A stretch of 64,000 nt of DNA from the NCBI GenBank assembly GCA_002269645.1, contig NIVC01000986.1:124001-188000 (forward strand). Direction: 5' to 3'. Numbering within the stretch: position 1 is the stretch's first letter; each line of letters opens with the position of its first letter. A program made the position numbers and the translations under genes. Below, piece after piece: positions 62,657 through 64,000 of this stretch. The notes below the pieces were generated by a model that had not been told where the DNA came from, made no database searches, and saw only the letters and a list, made by a program, of their open reading frames with translations. The DNA comes from Macrostomum lignano. Taxonomy: Eukaryota.

Positions 62657-63427
62657 ATGAACTCGCGCTATCCAGCCGCTGCGCTTCTCCTGCTGCTGCT
62701 CTCCCAGGCGCAGTGGGCGAAGGTGACTCGCCAGCTGACCTTCCGCTACCTTGGCTGCTTCTTTGAGGGCTCCCCGACCCGCGACCTGCTGGGTCTAAGA
62801 GGCCTGGACCAGCTGGGGCCTTACGGCCGGTGACGAGGCTTGACGAAGGCCTGACTTCCATCACTGGCATGACGCTGGAGATGTGCAGCCAGATGTGCGC
62901 TCTGGGAGGCTTCACCTACTTTGGCGTCCAGTATGGCACCATCTGCTCCTGCGACTTCTCGTACGGCTCATCTGGCCCTGCTCCAGAGGCAGACTGTTCT
63001 ATAGGGTGCGACGGAAATACCTCCTAAAAGTGCGGAAACGGGTTCAGGATCTCCATGTACGAGATTCGCTACCAAGGTGAGCGATGGCTGGCAATTGTTC
63101 ATTAGCATACGTACTTAAGTACACCTATCTATTTATAATTCTATACCTATAACTGTCTGTTGAAACGCTTTTGTAGTTGAAGATATTTTTGAAACAGTCG
63201 CCGTCGCCTCAACGCAGCTGGTGCAAGTGAATCTCAGATACTCCGTGAAAACTCAAACTGCTGGTGCATCGAGATTTCTTATTGGCTGCCTGATGGAGTG
63301 TCGGGCCGCGGCCAGCGGTTGCCAGGCCGCGTTCTTTACTGCCGACAGCCGCTGCTACCTGCTGCGGTTTGCCGCGACGCCTGCGTCAGTGGCCGCGCTG
63401 CAGGGTGAGCTGTGGATCCGGGCCTGA
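62657..63427 (+). pseudogene. Disabled paralog of the WSC+PAN gene
   Basis: Same exon structure (62657-63076, 63198-63427) and clear similarity to 57125-58325. Frameshift near 62830 (TGA 62831-62833) and in-frame TAA at 63025-63027 where the paralog has CAA. Confidence 0.8.
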
Positions 63428-63500
63428 GAGACCCCTGAGAGAGGGTGGAAAACTGGGACGCCGATTCATGAAAATAAGGCATTGCTGAATTATAATCCAC

Positions 63501-63702
<202 letters not shown>

Positions 63703-64000
63703 TTGCACTATATGCTGAGTGCTCGGACATGGGTAATGTATTCAAAATTCAGAAAAACAACTTTTAAGCCTTTATATCAAATATATGCTGCAATCCATAG
63801 GGAAGTTAAGACTGAGTGATTTTTAAAGAGGACGCTTGCTGAATGAAGCACACAATTTAGCTCAGCATAGAAATAGAAAAACGCATTCGTTTCAAGACTT
63901 TTAACCGTAAAAGTTTGATGTTTACTGGAATTTCTAGCAAAATGCTTGCAACATACGTTTTCTAGCCTAATTGTAGGGTTTTACCGTCTTAAGAGGTTGT

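Overview
Eukaryotic (metazoan invertebrate) genomic DNA with GT-AG introns. Its style (GC-rich exons, minisatellite-filled introns, AT-rich islands) resembles the flatworm Macrostomum, but that is my inference and is not confirmed. By manual splicing I reconstructed six host genes: CRIPT (+), a putative IL-17-receptor-like SEFIR membrane protein (-), a MiT/TFE (MITF/TFEB-like) bHLH-ZIP factor (+), an RNF103-like RING-H2 ligase (+), a pseudokinase (-) and a secreted WSC+PAN-like protein (+), plus a disabled paralog of the last. Mobile DNA includes an intact Ty3/Gypsy (Mag-like) LTR retrotransposon with identical LTRs inside CRIPT intron 2, a head-to-tail array of non-autonomous Helitrons, two decayed Penelope-like elements (one with inverted terminal repeats carrying hammerhead-like cores), nested TIR elements, 25-40 bp micro-TIR insertions, LINE RNase H relics and a SINE. 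About 15 tandem-repeat arrays explain most of the long repetitive ORFs in the ORF track. All family assignments come from recalled motifs; no database search was run.
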